Shown here in pieces: positions 1-11,704 of a DNA stretch of 64,000 bases. Position 1 is the first letter of the stretch. Each line of letters begins with the position of its first letter. The notes under the pieces were generated by a model, which worked only from the letters and a program-made list of their open reading frames with translations, did not search any database and was not told the origin of the DNA. Where the stretch lies: positions 1,674,001-1,738,000 of the forward strand of contig CDLV01000006.1 of assembly GCA_001244265.2 (NCBI GenBank). Reading direction: 5' to 3'. The stretch comes from Microbotryum violaceum (taxonomy: Eukaryota). The translations under genes were made by a program, and so were the position numbers.

Positions 1-742
1 CACTCGATCGACGAAGACTCGCCCATCGTCACCATCGGCCACTCGCTCCTCGTCGGCACAACCCCCGCCACCCTCTGCGGCGCCTACTGGTAAACCCTCG
101 ACTGCGACCACGGTCACGCCTCTCAGTGCAGATCGCACGAACCTCCCCATCACGAGCTCAACGACATATACGACCGAGCCCCCTTCCGCAATCCCACTTT
201 CGACACGCAAGCCTCCTAAGAAGGGCAAAAAAAAGCGTTCTGCCCACGCCAACGCTCTGAACCCTCACCATCTCAACAACTATACTCCTTCACGTATGCC
301 CAACCGATCTTCATCCGGTGTCGCAGGTTCTTCATCGCCTCATGCCGACGCCCCTCCATCCCTTTTGTCCATCCTAGATGACGAGGTTCAACCTTTATCC
401 TCCTGGCCCGCATCGGACCAAGTCATCTCCCAGGCCTTGCTCACCATCCGCAATCGAAGTGCAGGTGACGCATTGAGGTTCTTCGCTGGACCAGAGGAGG
501 ATATTTGTGCGTTTTGCGATTATGAGCTTTGGTTTGGTGGGGAGGGAAATTTGGAGAGGTCTGTCAGGAGGAGGAAGAAGGTTTTGAAGGTTAGGAAGAA
601 GGCCAAGGAGAGGGCGAGAAAGGCGGCGAATGGGAAGGTGGCGGCGGCGACGACGACAACGACGACGACGGTGGAAGACCAGGGAGGGGAGAGGCTGGAG
701 TCTGGGAGTGGTGGGCGTGAAGTGGGGGATGCGGTGGAGTGA
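1..742 (+). CDS. 3' part of a conserved fungal hypothetical protein (5' end lies before the window)
   Basis: Frame is open from position 2 to TGA at 742. It encodes KKKRSAHANALNPHHLNNYTPSRMP and a CxxC motif (ICAFCDYELWFG) followed by a basic tract, resembling basidiomycete hypothetical proteins as I recall them. Confidence 0.6.
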   Translation, partial: TRSTKTRPSSPSATRSSSAQPPPPSAAPTGKPSTATTVTPLSADRTNLPITSSTTYTTEPPSAIPLSTRKPPKKGKKKRSAHANALNPHHLNNYTPSRMPNRSSSGVAGSSSPHADAPPSLLSILDDEVQPLSSWPASDQVISQALLTIRNRSAGDALRFFAGPEEDICAFCDYELWFGGEGNLERSVRRRKKVLKVRKKAKERARKAANGKVAAATTTTTTTVEDQGGERLESGSGGREVGDAVE

Positions 743-1966
743 GAGGGGGCTTGGATTGGTTTTCGATTTCGGACAAAGCGGCGCGGGGACGGATCTGTGG
801 AAGTAGCGCATTCTCACTTGGGGGTTTGTTTCGCCCCACTCTCATTTCGTGCCTTTCTTGGTGTACATACACGCCATCTGGCATTTTTCGCATGCGCTTT
901 CCGTTTTCCATACTCGAAATTCGCGGGGAAGGAGGATTCTCCGGCTTCTCACGTGGGAACGTGACCTTTCGTTGCTGGCTTGACGGAAGCCGGAGGCTGT
1001 ACACTTTTATGTACTCGTATCTTGAGATATGTCCCATTGGTCAGTTAGAAGGAGAAAATAAGTAGAAAAGACAGTAATCGTACGAGAGGAAAGGGCCGGT
1101 GCGGTTTGGTCCCTTCCGACGCGGAAATGCTTTCGTTAGATAAACAGCTCCGAGGAGCTCCGAGGAAAGCCAGTAATAACGGAGGAGGACCGCGGAAAGC
1201 CCAGCCTGACGCGCGTAGGCAAAATCCGGCAAAATCCCAGGTTTTGGACCCCCTTTGTCCAACATTTTTTGAAGTCTTCGCTCCAAAAAATCCTCCAAAA
1301 GTCCAGTCCAACTACGCGCGTCCAAAAATAGTTCTAGAATAGCTTCGAAGAATCGCGAAAACGCCGTCCGGACGTTACTCGCCCCGCCCGCACCGGCGCA
1401 GCCTGATTTATCCACCCCCGACCACGTACGCGCCTTCGCGATTTTGGCCCGTCTGAAGCCTTGTCTAGTCGGGCGCTATTACGCCAGCCCGGGCCTTCGG
1501 GGGAAGACCCCGAGTCAGCCCAATGTGCGTCTCGGAGATTTATACTTATCGGGCCCATTTATGCCTTGTAACATGCTACATGAGGTAATTTTTGATGGTA
1601 GAGTGACCTTTTCAACATGACGCGATAATTTGATCTTACAACGGAACACATACACCCCTTGGATAGGGGTATTCGGTGTACAAATCGGCTCCAAAACGGG
1701 GTTTAAATTTGTCGAGACGCCGGTCATTTCGGGGGTCGTGGCGGAGGGCCAATGTGAGCGAGCGCTCAACTTTGCGCACTCGGCCCACCTCAGCTCTTCC
1801 CCTCTGCACTACGTTTTCTTCGATCAGATCAGCTCCCCGCGTCTCGCGTATAACTTTGTCGACTAGTATATCTTCAGATCCCTTGACCCTGTCAGGTAGT
1901 GTGGCCGAATCTGGACCTCGATCGCCCGAACAACAAACACATCTCTACCGTGGTCATCGGGCAGTC

Positions 1967-4900
1967 ATGGCGCCCGGATGGTTGCCCCAAGTTTCGCGAG
2001 CGCAGGCCATGTCGACCTTCAAAGGTGAGTAGCCGTTGGAATTGGAGGTTGGTCTACATACCAGCCAGTTCAATGCGAGATGCGGTGCCTTGCATGCCCA
2101 ATGGGACAACGCGGCACCGTGACGGTAGAGCCCGAGCCCCGAGCCCAAGCCCCGAGCCCAAGCCCGAGCCCGAGCCCGAGCCCCAGCCCGAGCCCAAGCG
2201 CGAGCACGAGCACGAGTTCGCCCACTGATGCATTCTAGTCTTGGCACACGCAGGATGCCTCGCATATACGCTCGTGTTCGCACTCGTCTTCACTCGAGCC
2301 TTCTATAGGCTCAACACGTACCCGATCACGCTCAGCTCGATGGTCATTGTCAGCATCGCGGCACAACCGGGATCGTCGACCGGCGCGTGTTTGGACGCCG
2401 GGGCGTTGGCTGCGGTCGGTGTGGGCATGGGTGCGGTCATGTTCGTCATCTTGGGGCACTTGGGCCATGCTGCCGTTGCACAAGGCTGTAGGTTCCTTCT
2501 TCGTGTTCGCTTGTCGCTTGCTTTGCCCAACTCCGTTCGGCATGCAAGGACGCAGTACTAACTCGAACAGCTGCTCCGACCACCCCTCGGGCTCATCGGC
2601 TTCGGGCACTTCTGCCACAGTCATCTTTGCGATCTACGTCTACTTTATGGCCATTATCAAGGCCCAGTCGATGCGTTTCTTTGGTCTTTCGCTTCTGGCC
2701 ATTCTGATGGGTTTCAATGGTAGGCTTCAATTCTATTGAGGCTTGAGGTTTGCATACTCATATACTCATCTCATCTCCTCTCCGCGCCCCGCTCCTGACA
2801 GGAATCTACACCTCGGCCCTTCTCGGCGGCAAGTACTCGGCCGAGTATCTCAAGGCCTACCTCGAAGCGTACGCTTGGGGATTTGCTATTGGTGAGCTAG
2901 AGCTCTCTGCTTCGGCTGCTGTGACCGGACTCTCACCTATCATCGCATTCTGAACGTACAGTTTTCGCGGTCAATCTGCTGGTTTTCCCCACCTCGGCCG
3001 AGCGTGAGCTGCGCGAGCTCATGGTCGACGCCCTGGAGCACATGTCGACCTTCACCCATCTCCTAGCCAAGACGTACACTGTCGAGATCACCCAGGACGA
3101 GCGCACCGTGCGCGATGCCCTCAACGCGTCGATTCGCGCCGATTACGGTTTCCTACAGCAAAAGACGGCCCAGGTCGCGCTCGAGGTCAACTGGACCCGA
3201 TGGAGCATGGCCGATTATAGTAATATGCTGGCACGCATTCGCCAGATGCAACAAGGCTTGATCACGTCGTACTCGAACCTGATGGTTATGGAGCAGTACG
3301 AGCCGCAATCGCTTCAGATCATCAAAGAGGGACTCACGGAGCGTGCGACGGGAAAGACGTTTTTAAAGCTGAGGAAGGGCATCGATCTCGCCATCGCGGA
3401 CATCGTTCAGGAACTCGGCGTCGGAGGTCGCACCCATCATCCTGTCGCACCGGGAGAGTATTCGTGGGAGGACTTCCTCGAATACACGGAGCCGTCGACT
3501 GACAACAACCTCGAGTCGGGAGAGGGTCGACCCAAGCTTTTGGAGCGGACGACCTCCGTCGAGTCCCCTGCTTTCAACGCCGGCTTCCGAAAGATGTCGT
3601 TGCGGCTCAAGAATGAAGTTGATGTTTATTCGTCGACCCCCGTCGGATCGAGACGACCGAGCTTTAACGAGGAGCACACCGGCAAAATTAGCCCTGAACA
3701 CCCGAATCTAAACTTTGATGGTACGACAGGGGCTTCGACTCCGAAAGCCGCCACGATTATCGATGTCAAGCCGCTCGACCGAGCCGATTCGATCCGGCAA
3801 GCTTGGGCGGCTTTCAAAAATCATCAGAATCAGCACGTGGCGGACTTACTTGCTTCCGGGACTCTAACCGACGGCATTTTGCGCGTCGAGCAACCCGGCC
3901 CCTCACTTCGAGATGCGTGAGTAACCTGGGCCGTGTGTAAGCCGATGGTAAACGCCAGAATCTGATTCAGCCAGCGCCTTCCGCAGATTCCTTGCCAAAC
4001 AGCCCGATCACATCGCAGCCCGGGGGCTGATGTCATCAACGGCGGTCCGCGCAAACATAACGGATGCAAGTCAGCGAAAAGATGGCAAAGTCAAAGCGAC
4101 GGACTCCGAAGAAAAGGCCGAGCAGATGGAAGAAGGCACGACGTCCACCACACCGGCGGTCGAGATGGGTGCAGCTGGAGTAGGCCCGACTGGGTCGCCG
4201 GAACAGATCGCCGGAACAACGGTGTTGCGGGTTTTGTCTTTCATCTTCGGCATGGGACAAGCTTTAGACGAACTAACGGCTCTTCACGAAGCGGTTGTCC
4301 CCAAGGACGATGCCTCACGGCCGCGCAAAAAGATTCACTTGCATCTGCTGGAGCGTGCATGCTTATCGTCGCCCGTGTGGAAGGGCATGCCTTTCCGCGA
4401 AGCGCTTTCGAAGCTTACTGGAGTCTCCTACGCGGACGAGAAAGTCACATTGTGGCAGCGTTTCGGACAGTTCGAGAAACTCATTCGAAGTCCCACCAGT
4501 CTTTATGCATTCAAGACCACTTGCGCGGTGACGATCTTTGCGGTGTTCATTCTCGCTCCTTCCCTCAAAGTGAGTGACGCCAAAATGCCTTTAGTAGTTT
4601 GACTATTTCAATAAACGTTTCTGATTGCCGGAAGCCCCTCCACGCAGACGTTCTTCATTGACTACAGTTTGAACGGTGGTCTCATCACCATCGTTGTCGC
4701 CATGGCCCCTGTTTTGGGCCAAGGCATCTTCACTTGGGTTATCCAGATCCTCGGCACCGGTCTCGGAACACTATATGGCCTACTCATCCTTCGAATCTTC
4801 TTGCACGTCGGCCCGCACTACTTTAATCCATACGGTCTCACATCTCTCCTCGCTGTGTTCGCCGTGCCCACGTGCTTCATCATCTACACCAAGCCCATGT

Positions 4901-5896
4901 TCTTTGCTGGGAGTCTTTTGGCTTTGAACGCCGCCGGTATTGCTGTCATCACGCAATACGTCTACCGCGATATTCCAGAAGCCCGCCGGCCCGGGTTCGA
5001 CAGTCCAGCCTACCGTACCGGCAAGTCATTTGCGGCACTGGCGCTGGCACTCGGCATCGCATGGTTCTGGCAAATCTACGTTCTACGTACCCCGGCTCGC
5101 CAGACCCTTCGAAACAAGCTCGCCGGCATCACGTTTGCGCTCGGGACCTACGCAACCCTGTTCCAAATGATGACGGAATCTTTGGCCCCCATCCGCGAGA
5201 CTGAGGGATACGTTGCGCCTCCTCGCGAAGCCGTCGAAGCCGTGCAGCACGAGTTAATTCGTCGCGAGGGCCGGATTCAGGCCGAACTCCTGGCTCTAAT
5301 GCCTTTGCTCCGATTTTCAGCGCTCGAGCCTGCCTTTGGTCACAAGTTCGACGGTGCGACCTTTTCGCGCATCATTCGTGAGCACCAAGTCATCTTGGAT
5401 CGACTCAGAGAAGCACGCACCGCGATTGGTACCGAAGGGTTCCCCAGATCGATCAAGGACAACTTCACGACCCCTTTGGCGCCGTTCCGCGACCAGAACA
5501 AGCGCTTCATGCGGGCGCTCTTCTACCTCGTCGGGACAAGTTTGGCCACCAAGAAGCCGCTCCCTCATGATCTTCCGACGATGCTGACGGCCGTCAAGGA
5601 CCTTCAACACGATGCGCTGGTACTTTCGCATCGCCTTTCCGTCAGCGAAAGTGGGAGGGAGATTGTATATTCGCACGAGTTTAACCGGTAAGCTCTTTCT
5701 CGAGTGCACATCGAACGAGACGCAAATAGTGGCTGAGCTGAATGTGTGATTCCGCAGGTATTGGTTCTTTCTTGCGAGCATGAGCACGGTCTCGTACCGC
5801 CTTGAAGCATGCGAGTCCGATTTAGCGATCCTGCTCGGCAGTGTCGAGGCCTCGCCCTTCGTGATCAACGAGCGCCCTTCAGGAGGTTTCCACTAG
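1967..5896 (+). CDS. Multi-exon membrane transporter, aromatic-acid exporter / FUSC-like family
   Basis: ATG 1967 (MAPGWLPQ...), GTGAGT donor at ~2025. Two hydrophobic multi-TM blocks (2260-2990, 4500-5080) are separated by a soluble region (ORFs 3021-3920, 4030-4602). Contains YAFKTTCAV and QILGTGLG motifs. Last exon ends ...PSGGFH* at 5896. Confidence 0.7.
2128..2215. repeat. Degenerate hexamer microsatellite (GAGCCC/GAGCAC)n in intron 1 of the transporter gene
   Basis: Directly visible: gagcccgagccccgagcccaagccccgagcccaagcccgagcccgagcccgag...gagcacgagcacgag. Confidence 0.9.
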
Positions 5897-5978
5897 CCAG
5901 TGAACGTGGCAGTGCAGAAGTGTATGAGGATTCCCTCATGTTTAGATGCGTAGTTCGTCTCAGCTCTCCATCTCATCC

Positions 5979-6018
5979 GTGATGCCGTTTAGTAGTCAGT
6001 GATGCCGTTTAGTAGTCA
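5979..6018. repeat. Perfect 20-bp tandem duplication in the 3' flank of the transporter gene
   Basis: GTGATGCCGTTTAGTAGTCA occurs twice head to tail. Confidence 0.9.
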
Positions 6019-7069
6019 ATAATCCTAAAGTTATCCTCATCCTGCGCGGGCACTGGTGAAGCCCGATCGCCACACAGGGGCATATGCCCGCCCTGCATGG
6101 ACAAGCGAGCTCACGACTTTCCCACCACTGCTATCACCGTCAAAGTGGCCGATATTTTCCGCATGCTATGCGATACTCTCGCATCTTACACCTTAGTAGC
6201 TGGGCCGGCAACCAGCGAGGCGGTCGAAGGAGCCCGATCGGAAGGTTCATGGAGTTAAATGCATATGGAATATTAAAGCACGTGATGACGGCGATCGTTA
6301 ATCAGTCCACGGGCGCGCTCCGATGCCCGCACCACGTGACACCGTCCGGACCGTTCGAAGCGCCATCAGTCGAAGTGGACGTGTTAATCTGGAGTTGCGT
6401 ACCGTGTGCGTGTAGAAATAGTTCCGTGTGGGTCGGCAGCCGCCGGACATCACCAGCCGGGTCTGGTGTTATTTCTGACTCGCCGGCGGTGCCAAGCCGG
6501 CTGGCACCTATCCCTAAGAGCTATTTACCTCTACATAATCTTCCACCACAAAATATCTCCATCAAATAAGTAGCTACTGCAGCTAGGTATCGATTTGGTC
6601 AGGGGATCGTTCTCCATGATAATTCGGGTCACACCTACCGTGGGTGGGCTACCCTTTCGCTTCTACGAGAGAGTCGATCCGAGCTGCTCATGATTGACAA
6701 GAACGAGATGCCGCGTGATCCATACCTTATTTTGGCCGGCCAGGAACTGTGAAATATTGCTCCCTGCGCATCTCGAATTGGCCTGGACTTCCCGCGCCTC
6801 AGTTCGAGCTGAGACATTCGAAACTATACGAAGCGACCTGACCAGCCTTCCCAAGTCACCGCTCAGTCCGTTGCCTATCTTGCACTATCTACAATCTGCG
6901 CATAAAATTCAGGCATATCTTCTGCAACGGTAGCGCCGGTTGTAGATATCGCACATCAAGACGGTCCCCGGCCGCAGCGTCACGCTGAACAAATTGAACC
7001 GAAGCCTTGAGTGGCACTCGGAGCCCGCCTCGGCTACATCTCCTCAGTCAGTCGTGACACAACGACATC

Positions 7070-8569
7070 ATGGGCGTCAATCTCTCGACCATCGATCAAG
7101 CGGACTATCCCCAAGGACCATCGGCGACCCAACTCAATGCTGGTTACACACTGGGTGAGTGCTTCTTCTACACGTTGTGCACGACCGGCGGTCGATCATT
7201 CGCCGACGACTCGTCTTCCGGGCCGGAGTGCTCATCTTCATTTATCTCGGCTCTCGGCGAACTCGGATGCGTCGGTCTCTTCGGAATAATTCTTCTTCGC
7301 ACAGTTCCACTGTTCGTGGGGTGGATCACCAGCATCTTTCTGATGGGTACCGTCGTTTCTTGGGGCGTGACCTACTTCACTCGGCAAACCAAAGATCGGG
7401 CATGGGTACGCACCTTGGTCGGGATCGCAATCTTTGGGGATATCGTCACCGCCCTTTTCAACGCGGCTTCGATAGTACGACATGGGAAGAACCAAGATCG
7501 AAGTAACTACGCCATCTCCCTTCTCGAAGCCCCCGATGCGCTGGCCCTCCTAAGTGGGGGTTTATGCGCCGTCGCGGCGCAGACTTTCTTCTCCGTGCGA
7601 GCTTATCGCCTGCTCCCGAGTCGCCGATATCGATATCCGTTTGCCTTTCTCGCCGGGGGCCTGATCGCCGTTTCTTTCGGAGGCGCAGTCGGGATCACGA
7701 CCGTCGAACTCATGAATCACGGTTCCACCGACGAGACGCGTGGTGCCCGACCGGGGACGTACGAGCTCCTCTTTACCTTGGCCGAGGTGTGGCTTTGGGC
7801 GAGCGTCGCTGTCGACGGCTTACTCTCGACCATGCTCATCGTTCGACTCGCGGTCAATCGCAAAGAGATTGGGCAGAGGAGCAGCAAAATGGATCAAGCG
7901 ACGGGAACGTCGTTGTTGCTGCTCGACTTTATGCGGCTCGCTTTCGAATGCGCCGTTTTGACCATGCTCTTTGCCACCGTCGGTGCGATCCTATTCGTCT
8001 CGACGACCGAAACCACCAACCTCTCCTATGCTTGTGAGTCGAACCGCTACACGAGTACCCAAGGGTTTACGACGGACGGATGAGGCTAATCCTAAAATCG
8101 TTTTGATCGTTTAAATGCAGTCACCAACGCGTTGCCCGGTCTTTACACACTGTCGCTCCTCTGGGCCGTCAATGCTACACACCGTCTGCGACAAGAGATG
8201 CAAAACATCGACCCTTCCGCAATGGTACAGCTCGTATGGAATTTCGCCGAGGACGACGAGAACCAAATCTCACGGGAGGGGAGGCTCGGCGAGCTCGCGC
8301 GAGGGGAAGGTCTAGCCGTTTCGTTGCGCCGAAGTGCGGCGCCGCGGAAAGCGGTCAAGCAGTTGGGGCACGAGGTTAATTTGTTGACGATTAATCGGAT
8401 GACAATCAGTCAGGTCAGCGGTCGGAGGAGTCCTCGGCATCCTGATCCGACGCTCGAGCTGGATGATGAAGACGACGAGCACCGCAATCATTTCGACGAC
8501 GTCACGGGGTATACGGGGAGAAGCTCGGAGATGAAGCTTCGGGCGTCGGACGAGGAGGCAAGAGTATGA
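7070..8569 (+). CDS. Multi-pass membrane protein, basidiomycete DUF6534-like family
   Basis: ORF 7070-8083 has about 6 hydrophobic helices with family-like motifs (QTFFSVRAYRL, WLWASVAVDGLLS). An intron at ~8034-8120 joins it to LPGLYTLSLLWAVNA and a charged tail ending at 8569. Confidence 0.65.
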
Positions 8570-8702
8570 TATGATTCTTGTTACTTTTTCTCGTGCTATG
8601 AAGTCGTTTAGGTTGGAAGACGTATTCATCTTGGTGTACTTTGACGGATTGTGGCGTTACTCGATTGGATTGCATGACTGGCAGTTGCAAGGAACCTATC
8701 AC

Positions 8703-9661
8703 TTATGCCGCCGCTGAGCTTGGGCCGAAGAGCACATCGCTTCTCAAGACCCATTTGACCCCTTGCTGTACTTTGAGCTAAAACATGAGAGCTAGTACCG
8801 GTCAGTGACCCCTTCTGTGACATCTCAAGATGGTCGACATGCGCACGACCGACTGACCCCTGAGTGAAGCATGCAGTCTCTTCCATGCTTGTGCAGCAAC
8901 GCTCTCCCGCGCTTCAAGTCGACCTTGAGTTCCTGCCCATTCCCTTTGCGTGATGGACTGGGGTAAAAGGTTGTTTCTCCTCCTGGAAGCCGATGGTCAA
9001 AGATGACGTCAGAAACGTCGCTTTCGTGCGAGGAATTTGATCTTGCCCAACAAAGAACGTACCGACGACGCCATCCTCCTGACCGGAGAGGTAAACCAAT
9101 AGCGTCCATTCGCTCCTCCATCCTGTCCGGGAATCTATCGAGTCATCATCGTAGTGAGCTGCAAAAGGAAGTAGCCCAGTCAGCTTCCGATGTGCACTCT
9201 TCGAGAACTCGGAACTGCAGAAGGAACTGACGACCAAACTCGGCATCGGGGCCGTACTTGTAGACGCGAATATTGGAGCTCAGTCCCATAGGAATGTAGG
9301 CAGGTCTACTCGAAGCAATCTCCTTTTGACAAATCTCTTTGAGCCCCGTCCTCGTCCATAAGTTGTGCGCCAAGTCTGGGTCGTCTTTAGAATAGCGATC
9401 GTTCGTGCGATAGGCTTCCCCGCGTTTTCGAGGTGGTGAAGGTGAGAATGGGAGAGAAGGGAGGAATGTGTGCCATCGCTTGATCGAGGCGGGATCGAGG
9501 AAGGAATCGATGATGAGGATGGAGGGGAGTACGGCGGTCAGCTCGAGCGGGAGATCCGGCGGGATGAACGCTGGCCAGATTAGCCGCTTGGAGGAGGTCC
9601 TGTCGTCCCTGGCTGTGGTGGGTGTGGTAGTGGTGGAAGCAGCGACCTTGGCTTTGACCAT
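8703..9661 (-). CDS. 2OG-Fe(II) oxygenase (prolyl-4-hydroxylase-like fold), multi-exon
   Basis: Motifs across exons: RTNDRY, NIRVYKY, HxD (AHYDD), TLLVYLSG, GGETTFY, distal His (CMLHSG), and KWVLRSDVLF before TAA at 8703. Confidence 0.85.
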
Positions 9662-9732
9662 GCTGTGCGATGTTGCGGACAGGCGCGGCGGAGGCAGACT
9701 GGGTGGGGGAGAGAGGAGAGGGGAGAGAGGGA

Positions 9733-9808
9733 GAGGAACGTGGAGGAACGTGGAGGAACGTGGAGGAACGTGGGAGGAACGTGGGAGGAACGTGGGAGGA
9801 ACGTGGAG
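9733..9808. repeat. Tandem array of 7 x GAGGAACGTG(G) in a divergent promoter
   Basis: Seven AACGTG cores at 10-11 bp spacing between the oxygenase ATG (9661) and the methyltransferase ATG (10140). Confidence 0.9.
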
Positions 9809-10139
9809 CCCAATCGCGAAAGGAGCCGCGAACCGATCAAAGCAAATACGGGCACGACTCCTTTCCTGCAGCGCTCTCCTCCTATTGCTCTCTCCCCCTC
9901 CGAGGCACGCTCTCTGCCGTCAGCATGTGGTCATCCCACAAGAAGACATACGGCTAGGCTATCGCTTGCATTCCTTCCGGCACAGCATTCGAATAGGAAG
10001 GACCCGGACACCCCGTTTCGGCTCGCAGGCTCAGCGCGATCGCGTACATACGTTCTGGGACCGAAACCAGCGATCGCCACATCTTTGAGTCATTAGGTCC
10101 ATCAAAGAGACGGCATCAAGGCTCCCCTGTCTTAGCAGA

Positions 10140-11383
10140 ATGTCGTCGTCGTCCCTTCCGCCCTCCATACTCAACGTCCCGACTTTGGCCATCCCAGTTG
10201 ATGACGTCGACGAAGAAGTGAGTGCGGCATTCACCTACTGCGTCTACCATCATTCCTTAAATCACTGAGCTTGCCTACTTCCCCAGATTTTCTTGATATA
10301 CACCCGAAAACTGGGCCTCGCCGAAACCGACTCAAGAACGTCGAGCTCCGAAGGAGCTGCGAAAACCTTTCCCCCCGGGCTAGGATTCTTGGACTCGAGC
10401 AAGGAAGTCATTGTTGTACCGCTGCTCATTGAGCCATCGGAAAACACTTCTTCATCAACCAAGTCGAATAACGGGAGGAGGTCAAAGAAGAAGACTGGGG
10501 CAGGTGGTGTCCCGCTGCTGCCGAAGGAATTGGAGGTCATGGTTTGCCAGGATTTGCAGGCGTTGAGACATCGAAAAGGGGATACAGGCGAGTCAAGGAT
10601 GTGGTCAATTTTACGGGCCATAACGGCGATGATCGCGTTACTCATCATCACTTCCATTCGTCTCTGTGTAGGATCGGTCCTTTGGCGCATCTCGTCAGTC
10701 CCCAATCCACTCAGACTCGTTCGATGCTGGAGAATCCCACTCATCCGCCCACCTACCCTCCACACAGTATCCACCTAGCCCACCACATTCTCAAAGACCA
10801 CTACTTCCCCTCCCCCCTCCATCCACCTCTATTTCCCAGCCTCTCCCACCTCCGAGTCCTCGAGCTTGGCTCCGGAACAGGCTTTCTCGGGTGTGCCTTG
10901 GCGCCTTTCGTCGGACATTGGACCTTTACGGACCAATATGAAAGTCTCCAGTTGATTCAACGGACTTTGAGTAAGAATCAGGCGAATGATGTGGCGTTGA
11001 TGGATCCGAAGAGGTTTGAGGTGCAGGAATTGGATTGGGTGGAAGAAGCGAGAGATTCGTCTTCGAACTCGAACTCGACGAAACCTCCGAACGAATTGCA
11101 AAGTCGAGAGGATCTAGAACCGCATCTCATTATCGCAAGCGATTGTATATACAACCCCTCGCTGGCAAAACCATTGGCAAGGACGATCGCGAAACGGGCG
11201 ATCAAGGGCAAGACCGTCGTACTGGTCGCGAGCGAACTGAGGGACCAAGATGCGCTCGAGATCTTTCTTGCCGAATGGATAGAGTTGGATTTCGAGGTCA
11301 GGAGGTTGGTTTTTGATCAGGATTCGAAGAGGCGTGGTCTGGGGGGCAACGAGTTCGTGGTTTGGGTAGGTTGGAAGATCTAA
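10140..11383 (+). CDS. RKM5: Seven-beta-strand protein lysine methyltransferase (Methyltransf_16, Rkm5-like)
   Basis: Spliced sequence gives DDVDEE|IFLIY, GDTG|SVLWR, motif I VLELGSGTG, FTDQ, ELDW and the family motif SDCIYNP. Three introns, one of them GC-AG. Orthology to RKM5 is inferred. Confidence 0.75.
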
Positions 11384-11704
11384 TCGTTGTCGCTGTTGCG
11401 ACCCTCTCATCAGCATGTAGAGCAGCGAGAACACGGGATGAATGACAAAGCTCAAAACCAAAGCGCGTGCTAGAGAGCAAAATGATACGATCGAAAGATG
11501 CTCTGGGGCAAGGGGGCTAGTGTACAAGATGAAGAACAAGCAGGGGACGACTGGAGCGGCGGAACGGCGTGAGAACCTTGGCGACCTTTGGTGCGCTTGC
11601 TATGATGGCGATCGGTAGATGCGGCGTGCGAACAGATGAGGTACAGGTCAAATACAGGTGGGGACATAATCAAAGATGAAGGCGAGATGACGTGTTAGAC
11701 TTGA

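Noticed and set aside
743-1960. Intergenic stretch with AT-richer patches and a small hairpin (~1651-1671) as a possible transposon remnant
   Set aside because: No TIRs, TSD or transposase-like ORF could be supported.
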